A DNA stretch of 64,000 nt from Acidimicrobiia bacterium. GTDB taxonomy: Bacteria > Actinomycetota > Acidimicrobiia > Spongiisociales > UBA4744. The notes beneath the pieces were generated by a model. That model was not told where the DNA came from. It did no database searches and worked only from the letters and a program-made list of their open reading frames with translations. The stretch lies in the NCBI GenBank assembly GCA_029863625.1, contig JAOTUY010000003.1:16261-80260 (forward strand). Reading direction: 5' to 3'. Position numbers and translations under genes: made by a program. Below are positions 44,916-55,171 of the stretch, one piece after another. Position 1 is the stretch's first letter. Each line of letters begins with the position of its first letter.

Positions 44916-45887
44916 CTACTTCTCCGGTGGTGGGACGGGACGCCGGAACACGGTTCGCTCTGGGCGTCTTTCGCCCGTCGCACCCTCCGGGGCGAACAGT
45001 TCGCCGATGGCTCCGATGCTCGACATGATCCCGCTCATCTCCACCGGGAGGAACACCTTGGTGGCCTGGCCGTTGGCGATGCCCTGCAACGCCTCCAGGT
45101 AGCGGATCGCGATCAAGTCGGGGGTTGGGTCACCGGTGTGGATGGCCCCGAATACCCGCTCGATAGCTTGTCCTTCACCTTCGGCCACCGTCAGCTTCTG
45201 GTATTTGTCGGCATCGGCGACCCGCTTGATGGCTTCGGCCTGACCTTCTGCCTCGAGGATCTGGGCTTCCTTCACACCCTCGGCCCTGAGGATGGCGGAT
45301 CGCTTCTGACCCTCGGCCTCAGTGACGACCGCCCGGCGGTCCCGCTCGGCCTTCATTTGGCGGTGCATGGCGTCGGTGACGTCCGGGGGCGGCTCGATCC
45401 TCTGGATTTCGACCCGCACCACCCTGGTGCCCCATTTGTCGGTGGCATCGTCAAGGATCTCGCGCAGCTTGGCGTTGATCAGTTCACGTGAGGTGAGCGC
45501 TTCGTCCAACTGCAGGTCACCGACGACGTTACGAAGGTTGGTCTGGGCGAGCTTGGTGACGGCCAGCACGAAGTTGCTGATGTTGTACTTCAGCTTGACC
45601 GGGTCGGTGGCCTCGAAGTAGATAACTGCGTCGACGGTGACAACCACGTTGTCCTTGGTGATGACTTCCTGGGGCGGAACATCGATCACCTGTTCACGCA
45701 TATCGACTTTGAGTAGTCGCTTGACGAAGGGGAGGACCCAACGGAGGCCGGGGTCGACCGTTCGCTGGTAACGGCCCAGGAATTCGATCAGCCCTTTTTC
45801 GAACGGCCGGACGATCCTAAGCCCGGCCCCGGCAAAGACGATCAGCACAATTGCCAGGACTACGAACAGGATGATTACTGCTTCCAT
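44916..45887 (-). CDS. SPFH/band 7 (stomatin/QmcA-like) protein
   Basis: N-terminal TM; [41 protein letters not shown]. Confidence 0.95.
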   Translation of the reverse strand: MEAVIILFVVLAIVLIVFAGAGLRIVRPFEKGLIEFLGRYQRTVDPGLRWVLPFVKRLLKVDMREQVIDVPPQEVITKDNVVVTVDAVIYFEATDPVKLKYNISNFVLAVTKLAQTNLRNVVGDLQLDEALTSRELINAKLREILDDATDKWGTRVVRVEIQRIEPPPDVTDAMHRQMKAERDRRAVVTEAEGQKRSAILRAEGVKEAQILEAEGQAEAIKRVADADKYQKLTVAEGEGQAIERVFGAIHTGDPTPDLIAIRYLEALQGIANGQATKVFLPVEMSGIMSSIGAIGELFAPEGATGERRPERTVFRRPVPPPEK

Positions 45888-45920
45888 TCAGACCCTCTCT
45901 TTCGCGCCGTTATCCAACAA

Positions 45921-46367
45921 TTAGGATTTCGGTGCCGTTGCGCGCACTACCAAACGGGTGCCCCGCACCTCGGTGATGGTCACCGGCGTTCCGGGTTCGA
46001 TGACGTCCCCATCGCTGGTGGCCCGCCATTCCTCCGACTCGACCCGGACCCGACCTGCGCCGGAGACAGGATCTACCCGCTCGAGCACGATCGCCTTCAT
46101 GTTCAGGTACCGGTTCGAGCCGATGCTCTTGGTGTCGTCGACGTCCTGTTTGTGGATGAACCGCTGCAGGTACATGAGCGTGCCAATCGATACGACAAAG
46201 AAGGCAACCCACTGCCACCCGACCGCAACTCCCACCCATGCCAGGATCCCGGCGACCGCGCCGCCGATGGCGAAGGGCAGCAGAAAGAATCCTGCAGTGA
46301 ATATCTCCCCAACCGCCAGCACAACTGCCAGCCCTGTCCACAACCAGCGCCAAATATCGTTTTCCAT
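45921..46367 (-). CDS. NfeD-like short membrane protein
   Basis: WLWTGLAVVLAVGEIFT...; C-terminal OB-like GRVRVESEEWRA; canonical partner of SPFH genes. Confidence 0.9.
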   Translation of the reverse strand: MENDIWRWLWTGLAVVLAVGEIFTAGFFLLPFAIGGAVAGILAWVGVAVGWQWVAFFVVSIGTLMYLQRFIHKQDVDDTKSIGSNRYLNMKAIVLERVDPVSGAGRVRVESEEWRATSDGDVIEPGTPVTITEVRGTRLVVRATAPKS

Positions 46368-46509
46368 GGAGTTGATTATCGCAGATGGAACCGTCACTAC
46401 GTCGGGAATTCAATTCGGCGGCCGGCTTCCAGCCTCCAGACCGCTTCGCTCCCAGCGGCTAGCTAGAACCGTGACATGCGGGCGCTGCTCGTCTCCTATC
46501 CTCCCAACC

Positions 46510-47016
46510 ATGGAACGCACGAGAACTGTGACCTGGGACGACACGAGCGGCAGCTTGGAAGCGGCGGCCTCAATGACCGGCCTCGAGTACATGAGGGCGA
46601 TTGCGGCCGGTGACCTGCCGGCCGCGCCCATCGCTCACCTGATCGGGATGGTCATGGAGGAGATCGAGGAAGGGGTGGCCGTATTCTCGATAGAACCGGC
46701 TGAGTACCTGTACAACCCGATCGGGTCGGTTCATGGTGGCGTGGCGGCGACCGTGCTCGACTCGGTTATGGGTTGTGCCATCCACACCACGCTTTCGCAG
46801 GGCGCGGGATATTCGACCGTCGAGCTGAGTGTCAACTACGTGCGCCCGATCACCGCTGAGACGCCGCGTCTCTTCGGTCGTGGACTGGTCGTTCACGCCG
46901 GCCGGCGTTTGGCTACCGCTGAAGCGCGCCTCAGCGACGCCGACGGCCGGCTTTACGCGCACGCCACGACCACGTGTCTCGTGATGAAGGTGGGTTCGGG
47001 TAACCCGGGTGGATGA
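46510..47016 (+). CDS. PaaI-family (hotdog) thioesterase
   Basis: Start re-called at MERTRTVTW; YNPIGSVHGGVAATVLDSVMGCA, TVELSVNYVRP. Confidence 0.9.
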   Translation: MERTRTVTWDDTSGSLEAAASMTGLEYMRAIAAGDLPAAPIAHLIGMVMEEIEEGVAVFSIEPAEYLYNPIGSVHGGVAATVLDSVMGCAIHTTLSQGAGYSTVELSVNYVRPITAETPRLFGRGLVVHAGRRLATAEARLSDADGRLYAHATTTCLVMKVGSGNPGG

Positions 47017-47035
47017 GGGCGAGCTGATGCTCGTG

Positions 47036-47110
47036 GTTGTCAGTTATCAGTCTCCCGGCCTCCGGCCGGGCTTCCAGTCGTCAGTCTTGCTGACTACTGA
47101 TTACTGACAG
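47036..47110. repeat. Intergenic repeat family 1
   Basis: GTTGTCAGTTATCAGTCTCCCGGCCTCCGGCCGGGCTTCCAGTCGTCAG...CTGACTACTGATTACTGAC, between convergent genes. Confidence 0.85.
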
Positions 47111-47119
47111 CTCGGGCTG

Positions 47120-49696
47120 CTAGGCGGCCCGAAACACCAGCCCGCCGTCACGCACATCTGCCTCGACCGTGTCGTCCTCCCGGAAGGTCCCATCCAGGAT
47201 CTGCAAAGCCAGCTGGTCGGCGATTTCGGTCTGAATGAGCCGCTTGAGCGGCCGGGCTCCGTAGGCCGGGTCGTATCCTTCTGCCGCCAGCCAGTCTTTG
47301 GCAGTGTCCGTCAGTACGAGCCGGATCCGGCGTCCGGCCAGGCGACTCAGAACCTGTTCGAGCTGGATGTCGACGATGGCGCGCAGGTTGTCTCTCGTCA
47401 GCCGGTGGAACACGATCACCTCATCGACCCGGTTGAGGAATTCGGGACGGAAGTGGGATTGAACCACCGCCATAACTTGTTGACGGATCTCTTCGTCAGA
47501 ACTGGTCGGCTCGATGTGTTGTGACCCCAGATTGGAGGTCATGATCAGAACGGTGTTGGAGAAATCGACGCTACGTCCGTGGCCATCGGTCAACCGACCA
47601 TCGTCCATGACCTGAAGCAGCACGTTGAACACATCGGTGTGAGCCTTCTCGATCTCGTCCAGCAGGATTACCGAGTAAGGGCGTCGGCGCACGGCTTCGG
47701 TGAGTTGTCCGCCCTCGTCGTAGCCGACGTAGCCGGGCGGCGCCCCGATCAGGCGGGACACGCTGTGTTTCTCCATGTATTCGGACATGTCGATCCGGAC
47801 CATGGCCCGCTCGTCGTCAAACATGAACCAGGCCAGAGCCCGGGCAAGTTCCGTCTTCCCGACGCCGGTGGGGCCTAGGAAGATGAACGATCCGATGGGC
47901 CGTTGCGGGTCAGACAAACCGGCCCGGCTGCGGCGGATGGCGTTGGCCACGGCGGCAACTGCCGCATCTTGCCCGACAACCCGCCGGTGAAGGTGCTCTT
48001 CGAGATGGATCAACTTCTCAATTTCGCCTTCCATCAACCGTGCCACCGGAACGCCCGTCCACCGGCTGACCACCTCGGCGACATCCTCCTCGTCGACCTC
48101 TTCTTTCAGCATCTTCTTTTGCGTCTGGAGCTTCTCAAGCTCGTGTTGTCGATCGACTAGATTTCGTTCAAGTTCGGGCAGGGTGCCGTACGTGATCTCG
48201 GCGGCCCGCTCGAGGTCTCCGCTCCGTTCCGCCCGTTCGGCCTCGGCCTTGGCTTCCTCGGTCTGCTGCTTGACGCTTCTGATCCGGTCGATTCCGTCCT
48301 TTTCGAGATTCCAATGCGCCTGCAGCGCTTCTGATTCTTCCCGCACGTCGGCTAGTTCCTGCTCGAGGGCGGCGAGGCGCGCAACGGAGGCGTCATCAGT
48401 CTCCTTTTGCAGAGCTGCGCGCTCGATCTCGAGCTGTTTGATTCGCCGCACGAGTGCGTCGATCTCTTCCGGCATCGAATCAATCTCGATGCGAAGCCGT
48501 GAGGCAGACTCATCGATGAGGTCGATCGCCTTGTCGGGGAGGAACCGGCCGGTGATGTATCGATCGGAGAGCACGGCTGCCGCCACCAAAGCAGAGTCTG
48601 TGATGCGGACCCCGTGGTGCACCTCATAGCGTTCCTTGAGCCCGCGCAGGATGCCGATCGAATCTTCCACGCTGGGCGCATCCACGAGGACCGGCTGGAA
48701 TCGTCTCTCGAGGGCCGCATCCTTCTCGATGTGCTTACGGAACTCGTCGAGCGTGGTGGCGCCGATCATCCGCAACTCACCGCGGGCCAGCATTGGCTTG
48801 AGCATGTTGGATGCGTCCATTGCCCCTTCGGCGGCGCCGGCGCCGACGATGGTGTGCATTTCGTCGAGGAAGGTGATGATCTGACCTTCCGATGCCTTGA
48901 TCTCACCAAGCACTGCCTTCAAGCGCTCTTCGAACTCACCACGGTATTTGGCGCCGGCCACCATGGCGCTCAGGTCGAGCGCCACGATGCGTTTGCTCTT
49001 GAGGCCTTCGGGAACATCACCGTTTCCGATGCGTTGGGCGAGCCCTTCGACGATGGCCGTCTTGCCGACCCCCGGCTCACCGATCAGGACCGGGTTGTTC
49101 TTGGTTCGGCGTGAGAGCACCTGGATGACCCGCCGGATCTCATCGTCCCGGCCGATAACCGGGTCCAACTTCTGCTGGCGAGCCATCTCGGTCAAGTCCC
49201 GCCCGTACTGCTCGAGAGCATTGAAGGTGGCTTCCGGGTCGGGGCTGTTGACACGTTGATTGCCGCGGATTTCGGTCAACGTTTCAAACATCGCCTGCCG
49301 GCTTGCCCCTTCGGCCCGCAGCAGTCCACCGATCGGTGTTTTCGACTCCGCCAACGCCAAGAGGAGGTGCTCTACGGACAGGTAGTCATCCCGCATCTCC
49401 GTCCGTCGCCTCTCGGCGGTCTGGAAGACATCGAGGAGGCTCTGGGAGATGGCCACCTCACCCCCGAACACCTTGGGGAGGCGCGCCAGTTGCTCATCGA
49501 TCTTGCGGCGCAGGTCGGGCGGTTGGATACCCAGCTTGGTCAGAAGAGGGTAGATAATGCCGTCGGTCTGATCAAGCAGTCCCATCAGCAGATGGGCCGG
49601 CTCCACGTATTGCTGATCATTGGCTTTGGCGATCTCCTGGGCGCGAACCATCGCCTGTTGTGATCGGTGGGTGAACTTGTCGAAATCGACGGCCAT
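47120..49696 (-). CDS. clpB: ATP-dependent disaggregase ClpB
   Basis: Two AAA modules ([16 protein letters not shown]), long middle coiled coil, [23 protein letters not shown]. Confidence 0.97.
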   Translation of the reverse strand: MAVDFDKFTHRSQQAMVRAQEIAKANDQQYVEPAHLLMGLLDQTDGIIYPLLTKLGIQPPDLRRKIDEQLARLPKVFGGEVAISQSLLDVFQTAERRRTEMRDDYLSVEHLLLALAESKTPIGGLLRAEGASRQAMFETLTEIRGNQRVNSPDPEATFNALEQYGRDLTEMARQQKLDPVIGRDDEIRRVIQVLSRRTKNNPVLIGEPGVGKTAIVEGLAQRIGNGDVPEGLKSKRIVALDLSAMVAGAKYRGEFEERLKAVLGEIKASEGQIITFLDEMHTIVGAGAAEGAMDASNMLKPMLARGELRMIGATTLDEFRKHIEKDAALERRFQPVLVDAPSVEDSIGILRGLKERYEVHHGVRITDSALVAAAVLSDRYITGRFLPDKAIDLIDESASRLRIEIDSMPEEIDALVRRIKQLEIERAALQKETDDASVARLAALEQELADVREESEALQAHWNLEKDGIDRIRSVKQQTEEAKAEAERAERSGDLERAAEITYGTLPELERNLVDRQHELEKLQTQKKMLKEEVDEEDVAEVVSRWTGVPVARLMEGEIEKLIHLEEHLHRRVVGQDAAVAAVANAIRRSRAGLSDPQRPIGSFIFLGPTGVGKTELARALAWFMFDDERAMVRIDMSEYMEKHSVSRLIGAPPGYVGYDEGGQLTEAVRRRPYSVILLDEIEKAHTDVFNVLLQVMDDGRLTDGHGRSVDFSNTVLIMTSNLGSQHIEPTSSDEEIRQQVMAVVQSHFRPEFLNRVDEVIVFHRLTRDNLRAIVDIQLEQVLSRLAGRRIRLVLTDTAKDWLAAEGYDPAYGARPLKRLIQTEIADQLALQILDGTFREDDTVEADVRDGGLVFRAA

Positions 49697-49756
49697 GCGG
49701 CGCACTCCTGTAGTGTCGTCTCAGACAACGCGTTTCGTAGTCGATAGATTCCAAGA

Positions 49757-49781
49757 AATCTGAGTCTGATCATATCAGATT
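49757..49781. promoter_or_regulatory. HAIR-like (HspR) operator upstream of clpB
   Basis: TCTGAGT-N7-TATCAGA, within the inverted repeat AATCTGA...TCAGATT. HAIR consensus is CTTGAGT-N7-ACTCAAG; hspR is present in the window. Confidence 0.6.
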
Positions 49782-49792
49782 AGGAGGACGTA

Positions 49793-50272
49793 GTGAACCC
49801 GAAAACGCCTTTTGAGTCACTGACCACTATGGCGCAGGTCATGCAGATCACCGACGCCAACACGGCCGGCTTCGTACATGGTGGTTCAATCATGAAGCTC
49901 GTGGACTCTGCCGCCGGAGTGGCGGCGATGCGACACGCCCAACGAAGGGTAGTCACGGCCCAGGTCGACTCGCTGACCTTCCATGCCCCCGTTCATATCG
50001 GAGACGTGCTCAGCTTGACCGCTTGCGTGACGCAGGCGTGGAAGACGTCGATGGAAATCGAGGTCACCGTCTACCGGGAGGATCCGGTGACCGGCGAAAA
50101 AGACCACACAACGACCGCCTATCTCACCATGGTTGGACTCGACGAGCGTGGGCGCCCGGTGGCCGTCCCGGGGGTGGCGCCGGGAACCGATGAAGAAGCG
50201 CGCCGTCAGCGGGAAGCTGAAACGCGCCGCAAGGCGAGGATTCAATTACGTCAAGACCTCGAGAACGAGTGA
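49793..50272 (+). CDS. Acyl-CoA thioesterase (hotdog, YciA-like)
   Basis: DANTAGFVHGGSIMKLVDSAA, VVTAQVD, TSMEIEV, YLTMVGLDERGRP. Confidence 0.92.
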   Translation: MNPKTPFESLTTMAQVMQITDANTAGFVHGGSIMKLVDSAAGVAAMRHAQRRVVTAQVDSLTFHAPVHIGDVLSLTACVTQAWKTSMEIEVTVYREDPVTGEKDHTTTAYLTMVGLDERGRPVAVPGVAPGTDEEARRQREAETRRKARIQLRQDLENE

Positions 50273-50289
50273 AGACGGGGGAGGGAGCC

Positions 50290-50673
50290 CTAAAGAACGC
50301 TGGCGAGTCTGCGGTTGATAGCGTCGAGGATGGCTTTCACGGTGGCGGCCGAAGGATCGTGCTCGCTCACCAGGGCGCTGCCGACGAGGGACTCGCCCGT
50401 CTCGGTGAGATTCACCTGGACGAGGGCGACCTGCACGATCCCGAGATCCTGAGTAGCAACCGCCTCGAGATCGAGATGGATTCGACCTTCGGCGACCTTC
50501 TCGACCGCGTTGAGGGTTGCTTCGCCGACCAATCGGGCCCGATGTTCGGCACCGGCGGAACCGATTGCCTCCCCGTGGAACACCGTTTCAGCCCACTCAA
50601 GGGTGATCATCACCCGGGCATCGTCCCCGTCCACAGACTCAGAGATACGGATGATTGCCGGTCGTTCAGTCAT
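50290..50673 (-). CDS. Hypothetical protein (127 aa)
   Basis: Start re-called at MTERPAII. Alternating beta/alpha pattern ending ATVKAILDAINRRL, reminiscent of the LeuA allosteric domain. Confidence 0.7.
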   Translation of the reverse strand: MTERPAIIRISESVDGDDARVMITLEWAETVFHGEAIGSAGAEHRARLVGEATLNAVEKVAEGRIHLDLEAVATQDLGIVQVALVQVNLTETGESLVGSALVSEHDPSAATVKAILDAINRRLASVL

Positions 50674-50704
50674 GCCGGGAGGATAGCCGCCCCGGTGGCT
50701 CCGG

Positions 50705-52171
50705 TCAGGCAAACACCGCTCGCCCGTCTGCCCAGGCTCGAAGGCTTGCCACATCTTCCCGGCGGGACACGGAGAGCGGCACGGTTGCTGCGAGCTCCAT
50801 CATCAGGTTGGCCGTTGTGAGGTCGTCCTCATCCGCGAGAGCGCGGTAGAGCGCTCCGACGACCACCGTCTCCAGTTCGGCACCCGAGAATCCGTCGGAA
50901 GCTGCCACCAAGGGTGCGAGATCGAATCCACTAGGGTCCTGTCCTCGCTTGATGAGATGGATGGAGATGATCTCGGCCCGCTCACCCGGGTCGGGAAGGT
51001 CAACGAAGAAGATCTCGTCGAAACGGCCACGTCGTAGCAACTCCGGTGGTAGCGCGGATACGTCGTTGGCTGTTGCCACCATGAAGACATCACCACGGCG
51101 CTCCTGCATCCAGCGAAGGAAGGTGCCGAGCAAACGCCTACTGACTCCACCATCTCCGTCACCCGACGAGGCCAGACCTTTCTCGATCTCATCGATCCAC
51201 AGGACGGCGGGAGCCATTGCTTCGACGGTCGACAGGGCTGCGATCAGTCGTTGCTCAGATTCGCCGATGTACTTGCTGTAGAGCCGGGAGGGGTCCAGCA
51301 GAACCAGAGGGAGCCCCCAGGTTTGGGCGAGAGTTTTGGCCACCAGCGATTTCCCGCAGCCGGGCACGCCGGTTAGCAGCACACCCCGGGGCGGGTCGAG
51401 GCCCGGCAGAGCATCATCGGAGATCATCACCCGTCTGCGTAGTCGTAGCCACGACTTGAGGCCGTTGAGCCCGCCGATGGTTTCGAGAGTACCGACGTCG
51501 GCCGCTACCAACTCGAGGATGCCGTCGGAGTTGAGAAGCTCCGCTTTCGCGTTGCGCAATGCCGGAATGTCGGCCGGCGAAATCTGGCCGTCGCGCAACG
51601 CTTCTCGTTGCACCAGACGTTCGGCCTCGGGGATGGTGAGCCCGAGCAGGGCATCGACCATCTGTTCAACTTCTGCTCCGTTGACGACCACCGGGAACGA
51701 ACGAGCGGCGAAGGTATCAAGGGTCCGTTTTACGAGGGCCGACAGTTCGTCGCGGTCGGGCGGTTTGAGCGACCACTGATGGGCAAGGCTCTCGATTTCG
51801 GGAGGTACTTCGTTGCGGGGTCCCGTGAGCACGAGAGTCTGGCCGCGCCGGCCGGTTTGGGCGATCTCCTTGATGCGGCGGACAACCAGCGAGTCGGAAA
51901 GAAGTGGGTGGACGTCGGTAAAGACAAAAACGCCTGGACCGGACAATTCACCGACGAACTCCAGCGCCACATGGGGGTCGATCGTCTGATACTGCGTGTG
52001 GTGGCCGTCTTTGGCCAGACCGCGGGTAGCCGACCACGTCCACACCGGCAGGTCGAGCCGGTCCGCCGCCTGGCGGATGATGTCGAGCAGACGTTGCTCC
52101 TCCTGCGCCTCAACGAGCAGAAGTGGGTACTGCGAGGCGAGCAGCACCGCCAGATCATTGGTGTTGTCCAT
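50705..52171 (-). CDS. AAA+ ATPase, Ycf46-like
   Basis: N-terminal degenerate ATPase-like region; GVLLTGVPGCGKSL, LWIDEIEK, TANDVSALPPELLRRGRFDEIFFVDLP. Confidence 0.88.
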   Translation of the reverse strand: MDNTNDLAVLLASQYPLLLVEAQEEQRLLDIIRQAADRLDLPVWTWSATRGLAKDGHHTQYQTIDPHVALEFVGELSGPGVFVFTDVHPLLSDSLVVRRIKEIAQTGRRGQTLVLTGPRNEVPPEIESLAHQWSLKPPDRDELSALVKRTLDTFAARSFPVVVNGAEVEQMVDALLGLTIPEAERLVQREALRDGQISPADIPALRNAKAELLNSDGILELVAADVGTLETIGGLNGLKSWLRLRRRVMISDDALPGLDPPRGVLLTGVPGCGKSLVAKTLAQTWGLPLVLLDPSRLYSKYIGESEQRLIAALSTVEAMAPAVLWIDEIEKGLASSGDGDGGVSRRLLGTFLRWMQERRGDVFMVATANDVSALPPELLRRGRFDEIFFVDLPDPGERAEIISIHLIKRGQDPSGFDLAPLVAASDGFSGAELETVVVGALYRALADEDDLTTANLMMELAATVPLSVSRREDVASLRAWADGRAVFA

Positions 52172-52240
52172 CACCTGCGGTTATCGGAAGGGTTGGGAGG
52201 GGTACTTAGGACAATTGACAAGGATGGGCACAATAGAGGT

Positions 52241-52657
52241 ATGAAGCCCCGCTACGAGGTGCTATCCCACACGGCCGACACCGGGGTCGTTGTGCACGGG
52301 TCGACGCTCCGTGAGGTGTTCGAGAGCGCCGCCTTCGCCATGTTTGATCTGATATTTGGGATCGGCGACCTGGCGGGGGTGGACCGGGTCCAGGTCGAGG
52401 TCACGGCGCCAACGGTTGAGGACCTGCTGGTCGACTGGTTGAGCACTCTGCTTTTTGAAGCTGAGACCAACGACCTGGCCTTCTGCTCGTTCGAGATCGA
52501 TACGATCGACGATGGCCACGCGACCGGATGGGCGATCGGGAGTTCGGTCGTCGACCTCGAACTCTCGGGGCCCCCTATCAAGGCTGTCACTTACCACGAT
52601 CTGAGGGTCGAAAAGACGGCCGGCGGGTGGTCGGCACGGGTCGTCTTTGACGTCTGA
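52241..52657 (+). CDS. Archease
   Basis: Start re-called at MKPRYEVLSHTADTG (HTAD motif); IKAVTYHDL; final RVVFDV. Confidence 0.93.
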   Translation: MKPRYEVLSHTADTGVVVHGSTLREVFESAAFAMFDLIFGIGDLAGVDRVQVEVTAPTVEDLLVDWLSTLLFEAETNDLAFCSFEIDTIDDGHATGWAIGSSVVDLELSGPPIKAVTYHDLRVEKTAGGWSARVVFDV

Positions 52658-52807
52658 GGCTGCTCGAAACTTTCCCGACCATGCGGGGTCTAACTGTGCG
52701 GGAGTCCGCAACTTCGGGTTCCTGGTTGGATCGTGCGCCAAGAACATGCGCACGTGAACGCTGCCATTTTGGCACCTGGCAATATCGGGCCTACGAAGGG
52801 AGAGCGT

Positions 52808-53188
52808 GTGCTCAAGGAATTCAAGGATTTCATCAGCAAGGGGAGCCTCATTGACATAGCCGTCGGCTTTGTCATGGGTCTTGCGTTTGCTTCTGTCGTG
52901 TCGACATTCGTCGGCAGGATCGTTAATCCGCTCATCGGAATGATCTTCAACGTGTCGAGCCTCGACACGTCGCTGACATTCGGGAACATCGACGAGGCGA
53001 CCGGCCTGGCGGCCGGCAGCGTTGGAGCGTTCATCGGAGCGTTGCTCAACTTTGTGATCGTTGGCTTCGTCATGTTCATGGTTGTGAGGGCCTACAACAA
53101 GATGAAGGCCGCGGAAGAGGAAGCGCCGGCAGAACCGTCGGATGACATTGTGCTGCTCACGGAGATTCGGGACTCGCTCAAGCGATAG
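52808..53188 (+). CDS. mscL: Large-conductance mechanosensitive channel
   Basis: [40 protein letters not shown]. Confidence 0.95.
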   Translation: MLKEFKDFISKGSLIDIAVGFVMGLAFASVVSTFVGRIVNPLIGMIFNVSSLDTSLTFGNIDEATGLAAGSVGAFIGALLNFVIVGFVMFMVVRAYNKMKAAEEEAPAEPSDDIVLLTEIRDSLKR

Positions 53189-53208
53189 TTCCCTCACCGA
53201 TTCGTGAT

Positions 53209-53234
53209 CAGGGCCGGCCTACGGGCCGGCCCTG
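53209..53234 (+). terminator. GC-rich hairpin with C(UACG)G tetraloop after mscL
   Basis: CAGGGCCGGCC-TACG-GGCCGGCCCTG. Confidence 0.6.
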
Positions 53235-53253
53235 GCGCGTACAGTTAGAGGTG

Positions 53254-54678
53254 ATGGAGCTGCGTCGTATTGCCGAGTGCGTGTGGGAGCTACCGGCCCA
53301 TGGCGGCATGCGCGTCCCGGGACGCATCTACGCCTCAGAACAGCTCATTCTGAAAGCCGAGGAGGATCGGGCGGTTCTTCAGGTCGAGAACGTCGCGCAT
53401 CTACCCGGGATCGTTGAGGCCTCGATGGCTATGCCCGACATCCACTGGGGATACGGTTTTCCCATCGGAGGAGTCGCCGCCACCGACGTCGATGCAGGTG
53501 GCGTGGTCTCGCCCGGCGGGGTGGGTTTCGACATCTGTTGTGGGGTCCGCCTTCTGGCCTCCCGCTACACCGAAAAGGATTTCAATCAACGCCGCACCGA
53601 GGTGATGGACGAACTCGACCGCAGGATCCCGCGCGGACTGGGGAAAGGGTCGATCGCCGACCCGGGTCTGCTGAGGAACGTACTCCGGGAAGGCGCCAAG
53701 GCCGTTCGCGCCGCAAGCTTCGGCTGGGACTCCGACCTCGATCGCTGTGAGGAACACGGTACTTCTCAAGGGGCCCGTCCCGATCACATCGGGTCGCGGG
53801 CCCTACAACGAGGCGCCGGTCAGCTGGGATCGCTGGGGTCAGGAAACCATTTCCTCGAAGTGCAGGTGGTTGACTCGATTCACGACGAGACGGCCGCCCG
53901 TGTCTTCGGCCTGACCGAGGGGATGGTGTGTGTGATGATCCACTGCGGAAGCCGCGGCCTCGGGCATCAGACCTGCACCGACGAACTGAAGCTGATGGGC
54001 ACGGCGATGCTCAAGTACGGCGTCGAGGTGCCGGACCGCCAACTCGCATCAGTGCCGGTCGATTCTCCGGAAGGGGAACGATATCTGGGCGCCATGGCCG
54101 CCTCGGCCAATTTCGGCTGGGCCAACCGCCATGTTTTGGCTCACGAAGCTCGCCAGGCATTCGCCGTGGCTTTCGGGACCTCACCGGAGCGCACCGGGAT
54201 GCAGCTCGTCTACGACGTCGCCCACAACCTGGCCAAGATCGAGACCCATGCAATCGATGGCGCACTACGGCGGCTGTGTGTTCACCGCAAGGGCGCGACA
54301 CGCGCCCTCGGGCCCGGCCGCCCCGAGCTCCCCGTAGATCTGCGGCCGGTCGGCCAACCGGTCTTGATCCCGGGCAGCATGGGCACCGCCTCATGGGTGC
54401 TGGTGGGTGCCGCGGGGAATCCGGCCTTTGCCACGGCCGCCCATGGGGCGGGCCGATTGATGAGCCGCAAGAAGGCCAAGCAGCGCGAAACCGGCTATGA
54501 GGTGCGTCGGGGTCTGGAAGCGGACGGAATATCCGTGCGACCCGGCTCGGTGAAGCTCCTTTCCGAGGAAGCTCCCTACGCCTACAAGGATGTCGACGAG
54601 GTCGTCGACGCCTGCGCCCGGGCAGGTTTGGCCAACAAAGTCGCGCGTTTGCGACCCCTCGGGGTCGTCAAGGGATAG
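53254..54678 (+). CDS. rtcB: RNA-splicing/repair ligase RtcB
   Basis: [69 protein letters not shown]. Confidence 0.96.
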   Translation: MELRRIAECVWELPAHGGMRVPGRIYASEQLILKAEEDRAVLQVENVAHLPGIVEASMAMPDIHWGYGFPIGGVAATDVDAGGVVSPGGVGFDICCGVRLLASRYTEKDFNQRRTEVMDELDRRIPRGLGKGSIADPGLLRNVLREGAKAVRAASFGWDSDLDRCEEHGTSQGARPDHIGSRALQRGAGQLGSLGSGNHFLEVQVVDSIHDETAARVFGLTEGMVCVMIHCGSRGLGHQTCTDELKLMGTAMLKYGVEVPDRQLASVPVDSPEGERYLGAMAASANFGWANRHVLAHEARQAFAVAFGTSPERTGMQLVYDVAHNLAKIETHAIDGALRRLCVHRKGATRALGPGRPELPVDLRPVGQPVLIPGSMGTASWVLVGAAGNPAFATAAHGAGRLMSRKKAKQRETGYEVRRGLEADGISVRPGSVKLLSEEAPYAYKDVDEVVDACARAGLANKVARLRPLGVVKG

Positions 54679-54747
54679 GAAAACTCGTTTGGCTTCGTGC
54701 ACCCACCTCCACCGTGGTTCCACGACGCCAAAACCGCAATTTGGCGG

Positions 54748-55170
54748 CTACTCAAACAGGTCTTTGAGCCGTCTCCGCACGTCGGGGTGGAGTTGTCTGC
54801 GCAAGATGATGTCCCGGCGGTAGCTGCGGTGCACCTTGGCGATCTCACGATCGACCTGATCTTCGGCGGCGGACAGCTCCACCTTGATCTGGGAAAGCTC
54901 TTTCTCTAGTTTCATGACGCGTTCGCGAAGCTCGAGAACCTTCTTGACTCCCTCCAGGTTGAGCCCCTGGTCGGTCAACTCCTGGATCAAAGCAAGCCGG
55001 TTGAGGTCTTCCTGCGAGTAGCGGCGAGTCCCGCCCGGAGTCCGAAAGGGCATGATCAACCCGCGTCGCTCGTAGATCCGCAAAGTCTGAGGATGCACGC
55101 CTGCCAGTTCCGCGGCGACCGAGATCACGAAAAGCGCCTGGGTCTCTTGGCTGATTCGGCGTTGGGTCAT
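54748..55170 (-). CDS. hspR: Heat-shock repressor HspR (MerR family)
   Basis: FVISVAAELAGVHPQTLRIYERRGLIMPFRTPGGTRRYS; last gene of the dnaK operon. Confidence 0.95.
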   Translation of the reverse strand: MTQRRISQETQALFVISVAAELAGVHPQTLRIYERRGLIMPFRTPGGTRRYSQEDLNRLALIQELTDQGLNLEGVKKVLELRERVMKLEKELSQIKVELSAAEDQVDREIAKVHRSYRRDIILRRQLHPDVRRRLKDLFE

Positions 55171-55171
55171 G

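Noticed and set aside
52215-52240. TTGACA before archease as a sigma-70 promoter
   Set aside because: No acceptable -10 hexamer at 16-18 nt spacing before the start codon.
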